DNA of 64,000 bases from Bacteriovoracaceae bacterium. GTDB taxonomy: Bacteria; Bdellovibrionota; Bacteriovoracia; Bacteriovoracales; Bacteriovoracaceae. The translations under genes were made by a program, and so were the position numbers. Each line of letters starts with the position of its first letter. The stretch's first letter is position 1. Positions 54,349 through 63,649 of the stretch are shown one piece after another. The notes beneath the pieces were generated by a model that saw only the letters and a list, made by a program, of their open reading frames with translations, did no database searches and had not been told where the DNA came from. The stretch lies in the NCBI GenBank assembly GCA_048270185.1, contig JBLWTJ010000004.1, positions 164,615 to 228,614 on the forward strand, read 5' to 3'.

Positions 54349-54936
54349 ATGAATTATTTAATTGTTGGTCTCGGTAACCCTGGTTCCGAGTATAAAGGTA
54401 CAAGACATAATATCGGTTGGGATATTATGAATTTCATTGAACCAATTAAAGATCTTAATTTTAAAGAGAAATTTAAAGGGATCTGGTCAGCATTTGAAGT
54501 TGACGAGGATAAATACTACGTTCTCATGCCGCAAACTTATATGAATCTTAGTGGTGAGAGTGTTATCCCTTTTGCTCAGTACTTCAAAATCGAACCAGAG
54601 AATATTCTTGTCATCCATGACGAGCTTGATCTTCCATGGGGGACAGTAGCCTTTAAAGATGGAGGAGGACTTGCTGGCCACAATGGCCTGAAGTCGATTG
54701 CTGCTCAATTAGGTCATAATAATTTTAAGCGCTTACGTATGGGGATCGGAAGACCGCCATTTGGCAGTGTCTCTGACTGGGTTCTTGGCCGCTATCACGG
54801 TGCCGAGGCCGATTATATTGATGATTACTTAGAAAAAGCTTCAAAAGCCGTTCAATGTTATGTAAAAAGTGGTTTTAAAGTTGCGATTCAAAGATATAGA
54901 AAAAAGAAATTAATTGAATTATTAGGAGATAATTAA
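54349..54936 (+). CDS. pth: Peptidyl-tRNA hydrolase
   Basis: GLGNPG..Y..TRHNIG, TYMNLSG, HDELD, GHNGLKS. Confidence 0.97.
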   Translation: MNYLIVGLGNPGSEYKGTRHNIGWDIMNFIEPIKDLNFKEKFKGIWSAFEVDEDKYYVLMPQTYMNLSGESVIPFAQYFKIEPENILVIHDELDLPWGTVAFKDGGGLAGHNGLKSIAAQLGHNNFKRLRMGIGRPPFGSVSDWVLGRYHGAEADYIDDYLEKASKAVQCYVKSGFKVAIQRYRKKKLIELLGDN

Positions 54937-56045
54937 TGGCCTTAAATTGTGGGATTGTAGGACTACCAAACGTTGGTAAGTCGACTATTTTTCAGGCCCT
55001 AACTTCTGCTCCGGCAGAAGCGGCTAACTTTCCATTTTGTACGATTGAACCAAATATCGGTATTGTAAATGTTGGTGATATTCGTATGAAGAAAATTGCG
55101 GATATTATTGGGCCACAAAAAGTAATTCCTACTTTTGTTGAGTTCGTTGATATTGCAGGTCTTGTAAAAGGTGCTTCAAAAGGTGAGGGACTTGGTAACC
55201 AATTCCTTGGAAATATTCGTCAAGTAAATGCAATTGTTCATGTTGTAAGATGTTTTGATGATCCAAATGTTGTACATGTTCACGGTGAAGTAAATCCAGT
55301 AGATGATATTGAAACAATCAATATGGAGCTAGCACTTGCCGACTTAGAAGTTGCTCAACGTAAGCAAGCGAACCTTCCTAAGCTTATGAAGAATCAAAAT
55401 AAGGAGATTTCTTCAAAAGCAAAGATGCTTGTCCCTGTTCTCGAAAAATTAGTTGCTCACTTAGAACAAGGTCTTGCTGCAAGAATTCTTGATCTTGATT
55501 CTGATGATAAAGAGTTAATTCGCGACTTAAATCTTATCACTCTAAAACCAACACTCTATTTATGTAACGTTGATGAAGAAAGTGTTAGTGAAGATAATGA
55601 TTATGTAAAAGCAGTTAAGGATTTTGCAGAAAAAGAAGGCTCTCGTGCCATTAAGATTTGTGGAAAGCTTGAATCTGAAATTTCAGCACTTGAAGATGAA
55701 GCAGATAAGAAAGACTTCATGGAAGCTGCCGGAATTGAAATTTCTGGTTTAGAAACACTTACTCATGAAGCATATAATATGCTTGGTCTTCGTACTTACT
55801 TTACTGCTGGTGTAAAAGAAGTTCGTGCTTGGACATTTAAAGATGGTGCCAAAGCTCCTGAAGCAGCTGGTGTTATTCACACTGACTTCGAAAGAGGTTT
55901 TATTAAGGCCGAAATTTATCACTATGATGACCTTATCCAATTTGGAAGTGAGTCAAAGGTGAAAGAAAATGGAAAGCTTAGAATCGAAGGAAAAGAGTAC
56001 GTTGTAAAAGACGGGGATATCATTCACTTCAGATTTAATGTTTAA
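54936..56045 (+). CDS. ychF: Obg-family ATPase YchF
   Basis: GLPNVGKST, NFPFCTIEPN, DIAGLVKGAS.GEGLGN, terminal FRFNV. Confidence 0.98.
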   Translation: MALNCGIVGLPNVGKSTIFQALTSAPAEAANFPFCTIEPNIGIVNVGDIRMKKIADIIGPQKVIPTFVEFVDIAGLVKGASKGEGLGNQFLGNIRQVNAIVHVVRCFDDPNVVHVHGEVNPVDDIETINMELALADLEVAQRKQANLPKLMKNQNKEISSKAKMLVPVLEKLVAHLEQGLAARILDLDSDDKELIRDLNLITLKPTLYLCNVDEESVSEDNDYVKAVKDFAEKEGSRAIKICGKLESEISALEDEADKKDFMEAAGIEISGLETLTHEAYNMLGLRTYFTAGVKEVRAWTFKDGAKAPEAAGVIHTDFERGFIKAEIYHYDDLIQFGSESKVKENGKLRIEGKEYVVKDGDIIHFRFNV

Positions 56046-56170
56046 GCACCCGCAAAATAGATTGGCTAAGGCCAATCTATTGTTTGCGGTGCTAGCGCAG
56101 TCGTTTGAAATGATGACTGTAATAAACGAAATGAGCTTTAGCTCATTTATGTTTCCTCAGCGCAAACTTA
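56043..56170 (+). repeat. Structured 3'-UTR repeat element (homologous to the element after etfA)
   Basis: Hairpin AGCACCCGCAAAATAGATTGGC-TAAG-GCCAATCTATTGTTTGCGGTGCT (56045-56093) plus two more hairpins. Confidence 0.8.
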
Positions 56171-56183
56171 TATGAGAAAATAC

Positions 56184-56213
56184 AAAAAAGGCTTCCAACG
56201 GAAGCCTTTTTTT
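56184..56213. terminator. Bidirectional intrinsic terminator
   Basis: A-run GGCTTCC-AAC-GGAAGCC T-run; same stem as the 49801 terminator. Confidence 0.85.
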
Positions 56214-56340
56214 ATGTATCAATTTTTAATATCAATTTTAAGTTTTTATTTTAAATATCAACTTTAAGTACCAATTCCAAAATGTATTTTAATGAATAAG
56301 TTTTAAGTAACAACTCTATCCATTATCCCAAGTAACGACT

Positions 56341-58386
56341 CTATAATTGAGATGAAATCGCACGTTTTGGACTTGGCACTTTCTTATTAGCATTAAATGT
56401 TGAAGCGATACTCTTTTCTAAAATATAATTATCTTTCATTAGATTGTAGAAGAAGAAATTACGATAGATAAGTTTCACGTATAAACGCGTTTCCTTATAT
56501 GGTATTTGTTCAATTTGAAAGATTGGATCATCAACATCCATTAAATCCTCTGCCCATCTGGTAACTTTTGTCGGTCCAGCATTATATGAAGACAAGGCAT
56601 AGATGATATTTCCGTCAAACTTATTAAGCAGTTTTTTAAAGTAGCGAACCCCTGCATCGATATTTTTATGTGGTTTTAAAAGCTCATCTAATTTTCTAAA
56701 CTTTGTCATCTGCTTTGCAGTGGCCGGCATAAGTTGCATTAGTCCCATTGCCCCAACTGAAGACCTTGCATTTGGATTAAAGGCACTCTCTTGTCTAATA
56801 ATTGATAAAACGAGAAGTGGATCAATGTCAGCATTCACATCTTTGATCTTATCAAGATGGAGTACTGGAAAAAGTGTCGTAATATCAATTTTAGATGGTC
56901 TGATAAGATTTAAATCAATTGTTCTCGAAACAAGCTTGAAGCTTGAAAGAAAGTCTTCCTTCTCTTTAAAGCGATGAAGAAAGTAGTTAAATATCGCGAC
57001 TCGTTGGTCTTCAACAGTGAGAGTATCTAACTTATTATGGTTTTCAATGTCTTTTTCTGGATCTAGTCTTATAAATTCATAAATAAGTTTATCAACTTTA
57101 CTAATGAATTTAAGTTCATGCCAAATATTTGATTCGCGAATATTACGCTGCTTTTCTTTTGTGAAATCTGATAACTCAAGCTCGGGTAGATTTATCGTAT
57201 TTTTATGAAAGTATAACGACTTTACATATTTCTTATCAAACTGCGGTAGATAATCTTGAGCAATGATTGAATAAAAACTAAGTGGGTTACTATTAATCAT
57301 GAGTTTGAAAAGATGTTTAGATAGGGATGTGTTGCCATCTTTCATGTAACTATAGGCAATCCAAAACTTGGTCTTTGTGTAGAGGTTTGAGAACTCATCG
57401 ATGAGATTGAATTTTTGAACCGTAACAATACTTTCTTTATAGTCTTCTCTTTTAATTGAATTCCATAAGAGTAAGAAAAGTGATTCATTCTTTGTTTCAC
57501 TGTCATAACTTATTTCATAGGAACGCTCAAAAAAACGATTTGCATTTTTAATATCATTATTATTTTGAAGAAGCTTCCCGATATATCGAACACGTTTCCA
57601 TGCAGACTTTTGATAAATGTATTCTTCGTTGTTTTTTTCAAACATTAGGAACTTATCTAACTGGTCCTTAGTGTTCTTTTTGTTTTTAATAGATTTTTTA
57701 AGAGCACTATACTGATTGATAAATTCATTTGTTATCGTTAGTTTATTTTTCTTAATCCTATGTAGATTGTTTTGAAATAAAAGAGTGATGTCTTTATCAA
57801 AATCTACATGGGAATATAGTCTTGTATCGATCTTTAGACCTTTTATAAGAGTTATTTCTATCAAATACTTCTTTATATGATTATAGATCTTGGAGTTCTT
57901 ATCGACTTTGTTAAGTCTACTGATAAATAGTGAGTTCTTTGTCGTTGCTAGGTAAGAGATTGCTTTCTTGAAGTTTTCTTCATCCTTAATGATGTCCTTA
58001 AAGAATCGATCATTTAAAAGATAATTTACAGTGTGGTAACAATAACTCTTAATTGAGTCGACGAAATCATCCTCAACACGATTTGCAGTTTTTCCCTTAA
58101 TGTCACATGAAAAGTATCTTTCCCTTTTGAGTGACGTTTTTAAGTCTGCTAAGAAATCTAAGTGAGGCAGATAGTTTTTAAAGATACCACCGTCAGCAAT
58201 ACTCTTTCTTGCATAGAATATTTTAGCGTTGGATATCTTCTTACGTTTTAAATGTCTTTCAATCTCTGCAATATATCGAGCAGCTTTAAGCTCTTTATCT
58301 TTAAGAGATACTTTCTTTGCTTGAATTGAAAGACCTAATGACCCACATAGGGAAATTAAGATAATCTTTTTAGCCAATAAACTCAT
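56341..58386 (-). CDS. Soluble lytic murein transglycosylase (Slt family)
   Basis: IIRQESAFNPNARS, GLMQLMPATA, SYNAGP, IPYKETRLYVK; signal peptide. Confidence 0.92.
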   Translation of the reverse strand: MSLLAKKIILISLCGSLGLSIQAKKVSLKDKELKAARYIAEIERHLKRKKISNAKIFYARKSIADGGIFKNYLPHLDFLADLKTSLKRERYFSCDIKGKTANRVEDDFVDSIKSYCYHTVNYLLNDRFFKDIIKDEENFKKAISYLATTKNSLFISRLNKVDKNSKIYNHIKKYLIEITLIKGLKIDTRLYSHVDFDKDITLLFQNNLHRIKKNKLTITNEFINQYSALKKSIKNKKNTKDQLDKFLMFEKNNEEYIYQKSAWKRVRYIGKLLQNNNDIKNANRFFERSYEISYDSETKNESLFLLLWNSIKREDYKESIVTVQKFNLIDEFSNLYTKTKFWIAYSYMKDGNTSLSKHLFKLMINSNPLSFYSIIAQDYLPQFDKKYVKSLYFHKNTINLPELELSDFTKEKQRNIRESNIWHELKFISKVDKLIYEFIRLDPEKDIENHNKLDTLTVEDQRVAIFNYFLHRFKEKEDFLSSFKLVSRTIDLNLIRPSKIDITTLFPVLHLDKIKDVNADIDPLLVLSIIRQESAFNPNARSSVGAMGLMQLMPATAKQMTKFRKLDELLKPHKNIDAGVRYFKKLLNKFDGNIIYALSSYNAGPTKVTRWAEDLMDVDDPIFQIEQIPYKETRLYVKLIYRNFFFYNLMKDNYILEKSIASTFNANKKVPSPKRAISSQL

Positions 58387-58933
58387 TGAAACGACCTTCC
58401 ATATCTTTTAATTTAGTGACGACGTCACTTAAAATTAATTTTTTATCGTCAGGTACTACTTGTTGTAGATTCTTTAAGTAATTACAGATTTCATCAATAT
58501 AGACAGTGTCTTCCTTAAAATTCGTTTGGAAGTACTCAACTGTAAGATTGACTTCGTCAGCAACGTCCTTGAAGTAATCACCATCTCTAAAAGATAACTT
58601 TCTTTCAAAACCTACATGTCTTAAATTAGCAAGATATTGTTTTAACTTATAAAGTGGGCCTGCAACTTTATGTGTAAAGAAGATGCAGGTAATAAAAATT
58701 AAGATTCCAAAAAACGCCTGACATAAAATGAGGAAATTAACTAAGTTAGTCTTCATTGATGCAATATGCTCAGCAGATTGTGGAAACTTCTCTGAAATAT
58801 TTGTTAATACTTGGTAAATAACTAAAGGGTAGAACGCACTTAGTACGAGAATAACGACACAAATCAATGCGCTGAATCTCAGCTGAAATTTAGAGTCTAC
58901 GATGATTATAGAACGCTTATATGGTTTAGACAC
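58370..58933 (-). CDS. Two-TM membrane protein with HAMP-like region
   Basis: FQLRF then 2 TM, THKVAGPLYKL...RDGDYF pattern. Confidence 0.65.
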   Translation of the reverse strand: MSKPYKRSIIIVDSKFQLRFSALICVVILVLSAFYPLVIYQVLTNISEKFPQSAEHIASMKTNLVNFLILCQAFFGILIFITCIFFTHKVAGPLYKLKQYLANLRHVGFERKLSFRDGDYFKDVADEVNLTVEYFQTNFKEDTVYIDEICNYLKNLQQVVPDDKKLILSDVVTKLKDMEGRFNEFIG

Positions 58934-59082
58934 ATTTTCTCCAAACTTTTAATTAGTTTCAATTGTAATTATAACATCTTATGGATTTTGTTGTAGGGCA
59001 AAAATTTGCTTTACCGATTGAATAACTACCCAATATTTAATAGAATCCCCTTAATTTAATGCTAAAAACCGAGAGATCTACT

Positions 59083-60228
59083 ATGTTAAATATTGAAGAA
59101 ATTAAAACTAAATTAATTGATGTTAAAAACCCAAATTCTGGAGAATCACTTCTTAATGAAAATCGTTTTAAGGACATTGCAATTAAAGATGAAAATTTAA
59201 CTCTAGTTTATAATCGCGATGGTATAACTCCAGAGCAAAAGCGCTCGATTGAAGATGATATTGTTGCAAAGCTTTCGTCAGTTATTAACGAAGATAATCT
59301 CTTTATTAAAACGATCTCAACTCAAGAGGCACCTGCTCAGGCTAAGCAAAAGCCAAAACAAGAGGGTGCAAAACTTGAGGTCGGTCACGCAAAAGGTGCG
59401 CCTCAAAAACGTAGTATTGATGGTGTTTCTAAGATTATTGCAGTCTCATCAGGTAAGGGTGGAGTTGGAAAAAGTACAGTTTCGGTTAACCTTGCACTTG
59501 CACTTAAAAATGCTGGTAAGAAAGTAGGTCTTTTAGATGCAGATATTTATGGTCCTTCTATTCCAATGCTTCTAGGTCAAAGAGATGCTAAACCTCTTGC
59601 AACAGAATCAAAGAAGATTGCCCCTATAGAATCACACGGTTTAAAGTTTATCAGCTTCGGTCTTTTCATCGAAGAGAAGGATGCGGTTATTTGGCGTGGA
59701 CCAATGCTTGGTGGCGTACTTAATCAATTTCTTTTTGATGTTGAGTGGGGTGAGCTTGATTATCTTATTCTTGATCTACCTCCAGGAACTGGTGATGTTC
59801 AGCTTTCAATCGCGCAAACTCTCAATTTAGACGGTATTATTGGTGTTTCGACTCCACAAGATGTTGCTATCCTAGACTCTAGAAAAGGTCTAAATATGTT
59901 TGAACAAGTAAATGTACCTGTTCTTGGTTTAGTTGAAAATATGAGTTACTTTGCACCAGATGATATGCCTGAGAAGAAGTACTATATCTTCGGTGAAAAT
60001 GGTGGAGCAGACATTGCAAAAGAGCTTGGCTATAACTTCTTAGGTGGTGTTCCAATAGAAATTGCCCTTAGAGAGTCTTGTGATAAGGGCCTTCCTTATA
60101 TGGCCAATATGTCATACGAAAATAGGCCAGTATGGAATGCTTATTCCTCTATTGCAAAAAAGATAGTTGAGTTAGAAAATGGAGAAGGAAAGGAAAAAGG
60201 TTTTTTCTCAAAAATTTTCAAAAGGTAA
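59083..60228 (+). CDS. mrp: Mrp/ApbC (NBP35) family Fe-S carrier ATPase
   Basis: SGKGGVGKST, DADIYGPS, WRGPM, DLPPGTGD, VENMS. Confidence 0.93.
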   Translation: MLNIEEIKTKLIDVKNPNSGESLLNENRFKDIAIKDENLTLVYNRDGITPEQKRSIEDDIVAKLSSVINEDNLFIKTISTQEAPAQAKQKPKQEGAKLEVGHAKGAPQKRSIDGVSKIIAVSSGKGGVGKSTVSVNLALALKNAGKKVGLLDADIYGPSIPMLLGQRDAKPLATESKKIAPIESHGLKFISFGLFIEEKDAVIWRGPMLGGVLNQFLFDVEWGELDYLILDLPPGTGDVQLSIAQTLNLDGIIGVSTPQDVAILDSRKGLNMFEQVNVPVLGLVENMSYFAPDDMPEKKYYIFGENGGADIAKELGYNFLGGVPIEIALRESCDKGLPYMANMSYENRPVWNAYSSIAKKIVELENGEGKEKGFFSKIFKR

Positions 60229-60231
60229 TGG

Positions 60232-60765
60232 ATGTCCATCGTACAGAAAATAGAGGAGCAGTGCTCTTTTAATTTTACTGGCAGAATTAATATTCTTAAG
60301 AAAGCCGACCGCCAATTTCTTGGTGTTATTTATATCAGCGAAGGAATGGTGGTTGCTGCTCAATTCTCTAAGAAAACTGGGCTTAAGGCCCTTTATTCCC
60401 TCGTTATTTTTGAAATGGATGGTCTACAAGAGTTCTCACTTGTGTCAGAGCCAGAAATTGTCTCGGAAAACGACTTTGAATTCAAGCTCAAGTATAGCGA
60501 GTTAAAAGAAAATATTGAGAATGCTTATCAACAGCACTTAAAGGCCAAAAGTCTACGCCCACCAGAAAATATTCACATTTTAGTCAATCCGGCGTTCATA
60601 AAAGATGGAAAAAAGACTGGTGCAAATGAATTTTTACTATTAAAAACTATAGCAGAATACAGTAAGGTAAAAGATATTTATCTTAATTGCGAACTATTTG
60701 ATTTTGAAATTACGCAGGCCCTTGTTACGTTAAGAAAGATAGGTGCCTTAAAAGTCGTAAAGTAG
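60232..60765 (+). CDS. Hypothetical protein, possibly PATAN/DUF4388-like
   Basis: FTGRINI...GVIYISEGMVVAA pattern and a C-terminal winged-helix-like segment. Confidence 0.55.
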   Translation: MSIVQKIEEQCSFNFTGRINILKKADRQFLGVIYISEGMVVAAQFSKKTGLKALYSLVIFEMDGLQEFSLVSEPEIVSENDFEFKLKYSELKENIENAYQQHLKAKSLRPPENIHILVNPAFIKDGKKTGANEFLLLKTIAEYSKVKDIYLNCELFDFEITQALVTLRKIGALKVVK

Positions 60766-60774
60766 GAGTATAGA

Positions 60775-60966
60775 ATGAAAGATCAAACGCATAACAATGG
60801 ATCATTAAAAGAACTTAAAGTTATGATCGAAGAAGATGTAGTCACTTCGTTTGAGAATATGTCTACAAACACAGGAATTTCCCTAGAGGAGCTTATTGTT
60901 GTCGCTCTAAAGCGTTTTAGGTCATCTCATAGTGACTATGAGAAGAAAACTTTCCAAATGGATTAA
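60775..60966 (+). CDS. Small putative ribbon-helix-helix protein
   Basis: AGGAG RBS; alternating strand ELKVMI, helix, GIS, helix. Confidence 0.55.
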   Translation: MKDQTHNNGSLKELKVMIEEDVVTSFENMSTNTGISLEELIVVALKRFRSSHSDYEKKTFQMD

Positions 60967-60980
60967 TCATCTTATATTAA

Positions 60981-61014
60981 GTGAACACGCCTCAAAAGTG
61001 TGTTCACATTTTTT
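60981..61014 (+). terminator. Intrinsic terminator after the mrp operon
   Basis: GTGAACACGC...GTGTGTTCAC followed by ATTTTTT. Confidence 0.65.
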
Positions 61015-61118
61015 ACAGTGTTAAAAGTTTAACAGTCTAATATCTAAACAAATCAATAAAATTCATTAAAACAGTACGCAATATCAGACACTTGGCTGTT
61101 TTGTGTATTTGTTCAGCT

Positions 61119-61134
61119 TGGCACGCTGGTTGCT
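61119..61134 (+). promoter_or_regulatory. sigma54 (-24/-12) promoter
   Basis: TGGCACGCTGGTTGCT matches TGGCACG-N4-TTGCW, 33 bp before ATG 61168. Confidence 0.85.
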
Positions 61135-61167
61135 TCTATAAATACATATAAGTCTTAGGAGCATTGT

Positions 61168-62325
61168 ATGAAAGCGACAGCTATTTACAAGAAATTCATT
61201 ATTGCATCACTACTATCGGGATCATTTCTTGTTTTCGGTGGTATCTATCAGGGGATGTCTGTTACTGATAACTCTTTTATGCAACAAAAGGATATCTCAT
61301 TTGCAAAAAGAGCAGATGAAAATGCTGATCGTATTGTTGCTTCTTCTGATCGTGAAAAGATTGCGATTCCATATATTCCTGTAGCTGAATATGCAGATGC
61401 AATTAATGGGAAATGGGAAATCGTAAGAGTAGAGAATAATGAAGGAATCGAAATTCATAACGAAGCTAAATCGAATAAGAAAGTAGTAGTAGAATTAGAA
61501 CTTATTGGAACAGGGCTTGTAAGAATTAATAATAATCCAGATTATACATTTGATGTTTCTTTCCTACACGAAAACCTTAAGAATATCTCTATCTTTAGAG
61601 CTTTTGAAAAAGGTTATGAAATGATTGAAGCACGTAAACTTAACGAAGTTAAGGCAGTCGCTAAATCAATTTCAACTCAAGAAGAAGTTGTAGCTGAAGA
61701 AGAGCAGGTAATTGATGTTAATGAAAGAAAAGAATACATCATTGAAAGAGCAGTTCTTCCACAATTTAACAATAAAATGATCCGTGGTGATCAATTTATC
61801 GAGGGAAGTGTTACAGTTGGTCCAAATGGTGTACAAGGTCTGTACTTCTCAGTTTCATCTGAAGGTCAAGATGTTAACGAAGTAATCGGAGATATCAAAC
61901 TTAAAGATGGAAGTTCATTTGAAGTTGAAATCCAAGGACAATTATCACATGGTATCTTTACGAGAAATGGTGAAAATGGATACAGACTAAGATTCGCAAC
62001 TGGTCCATATAAAGGTGCTCTACTTAACTATGTAACTTATGAAGAGTTAGAAAGAATTAATATTGAAATTGAAAATATGGAAAGAGCAAAAGAAGAGTCA
62101 CGTTTTCAAAATGAACTAACTCGTGAAAGTTCAATAGCGGAAGATATCAATCTTGCTCAAAAGAATGTTATCTCTGCAGGATTCAATAAGCCAGCTCAAG
62201 AGCAACAAGTTGAAGAAGAAAGATACGAAGAAGAGTACAATGACGAGTATCAAGATGAAAATTTAAATGACCCTTATTCTGAAGAAAATAACGAAGAGTA
62301 TAATAGACAAGGTTACGAGTTTTAA
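61168..62325 (+). CDS. Hypothetical exported or anchored protein with acidic C-terminal tail
   Basis: N-terminal hydrophobic segment, AGGAG RBS, E/Y/N-rich tail. Confidence 0.75.
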   Translation: MKATAIYKKFIIASLLSGSFLVFGGIYQGMSVTDNSFMQQKDISFAKRADENADRIVASSDREKIAIPYIPVAEYADAINGKWEIVRVENNEGIEIHNEAKSNKKVVVELELIGTGLVRINNNPDYTFDVSFLHENLKNISIFRAFEKGYEMIEARKLNEVKAVAKSISTQEEVVAEEEQVIDVNERKEYIIERAVLPQFNNKMIRGDQFIEGSVTVGPNGVQGLYFSVSSEGQDVNEVIGDIKLKDGSSFEVEIQGQLSHGIFTRNGENGYRLRFATGPYKGALLNYVTYEELERINIEIENMERAKEESRFQNELTRESSIAEDINLAQKNVISAGFNKPAQEQQVEEERYEEEYNDEYQDENLNDPYSEENNEEYNRQGYEF

Positions 62326-62351
62326 TCCCCCCCTAAGAGAAGAGAAATTAC

Positions 62352-62388
62352 AAAAAAGAAGGCCCTCAAAATTGAGGGCCTTTTTTTT
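62352..62388. terminator. Bidirectional intrinsic terminator
   Basis: AAGGCCCTCAA...TTGAGGGCCTT with flanking A and T runs. Confidence 0.85.
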
Positions 62389-62412
62389 GTTTATATTTAT
62401 GCAGAAGATTTC

Positions 62413-62686
62413 TTGCGATAACTTTCCCATTGGCCTAGAGACAACAAAGCCGGGCTTGAACCCGGCTTGTTGAATATGTAAATTATTTCATTGCACAGAG
62501 GCCTAGCACCGCGAACAATAGACTGGCCTTGGCTGGTAAATTGTTGCGATAACTTTCCCATTGGCCTTGAGACAACAAAGCCGGGCTTGAACCCGGCTTG
62601 TTGAATATGTAAATTATTACATTGCACTGAGGCCTAGCACCGCGAACAATAGACTGGCCTTAGCCAGTCAATTTCGCGGATGCTTA
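62413..62686 (-). repeat. Tandem 131-bp duplication of a hairpin-rich element in the etfA 3' region
   Basis: Units start at 62413 and 62544 (TTGCGATAACTTTCCCATTGGCC...), near identical; each has the CAACAAAGCCGGG/CCCGGCTTGTTG hairpin. Confidence 0.92.
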
Positions 62687-63637
62687 AAGAACTTTTTTAA
62701 GTTCTTCTTTTAGAAGAGGTACGATTTGGAAAAGATCTCCAACAATACCGTAGTCAGCTTTAGTAAAGATTGGCGCATCTGGGTCAGTGTTGATTGCAAC
62801 GATAACCTTTGATGTTCTCATCCCTGCTAAGTGCTGGATAGCTCCTGAGATACCACATGCGATGTATAGTGATGGAGCAACAGTCTTACCTGTTTGTCCA
62901 ACTTGCATAGCGTGTGGAGCGAATCCTGAGTCAACAGCGGCACGTGAAGCACCTACAGTTGCACCAAGAACCTCAGCAAGCTCTTCAAGAATTTTAAAGT
63001 TTTCAGCATTCTTCATTGCACGGCCACCTGAAACGATAATATTTGCTTCAGTAAGGTCTAGCTTCTCAGAAGCGCCTTTAACGATTTCTTTAATTGCTGC
63101 TTTGATGTCCCCTGCGTTTGCAGCAACTTCATTAGTTGCACCTGCACCTGCAGTTGGAGCTTCAGGAAGTCCAAGAGCATTTGGTCTAACTGTTACGAAA
63201 CCAGGCTTTGGTCCGTCTAGTTCAACTTTAGCTAGAACTTTACCTGCAAATAGTGGTCTTGTTCCTGCGAAGTTATCACCTTCCATAACAAAGTTAGTTA
63301 CTTCAGATGCCATACCTGCATCAAACATACCAGCTAGTCTTGGCATAAGGTCTTTTGCTAAAGAAGTTGCACCAGCAAATACGTAATCGTAGTTTGAACC
63401 GATGAATTCTTTAAGTGCGTTTGCATAACCTTCTGGTGAATACTTTTCTAAGTTAGCACCTTTTAGGTTGTGTACATTAGCTGCACCGTATTTAGCTAGG
63501 TCAGTAGCTGCGTTTGGACCCATGTCACCAACAATGGCAACATCAACGTCGTGTCCAGCAAGTTTACCTAGAATTTCAAATGTAACAGATTTAACTGATT
63601 CACCACTTGTTTCAGAAAATACTAATATTTTTGCCAT
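62684..63637 (-). CDS. etfA: Electron transfer flavoprotein alpha subunit
   Basis: VSGGRAM, VGASRAAVD, QVGQTGK, GISGAIQHLAG. Confidence 0.97.
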   Translation of the reverse strand: MAKILVFSETSGESVKSVTFEILGKLAGHDVDVAIVGDMGPNAATDLAKYGAANVHNLKGANLEKYSPEGYANALKEFIGSNYDYVFAGATSLAKDLMPRLAGMFDAGMASEVTNFVMEGDNFAGTRPLFAGKVLAKVELDGPKPGFVTVRPNALGLPEAPTAGAGATNEVAANAGDIKAAIKEIVKGASEKLDLTEANIIVSGGRAMKNAENFKILEELAEVLGATVGASRAAVDSGFAPHAMQVGQTGKTVAPSLYIACGISGAIQHLAGMRTSKVIVAINTDPDAPIFTKADYGIVGDLFQIVPLLKEELKKVL

Positions 63638-63649
63638 CTCTTATTCTCC

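Noticed and set aside
59619..59634. TGCCCCTATAGAATCA as an extra copy of the new palindrome
   Set aside because: Several mismatches, isolated, and explained by the ordinary Mrp peptide APIES.
62267..62627. ORFs 62267-62473 and 62397-62627
   Set aside because: They are translations of the terminator and the 131-bp tandem repeat, whose period is not a multiple of 3.
62787..63386. 199 aa + strand ORF and similar antisense ORFs over atp, ligA, radA and gyrB
   Set aside because: Shadow frames of conserved genes with biased codon usage.
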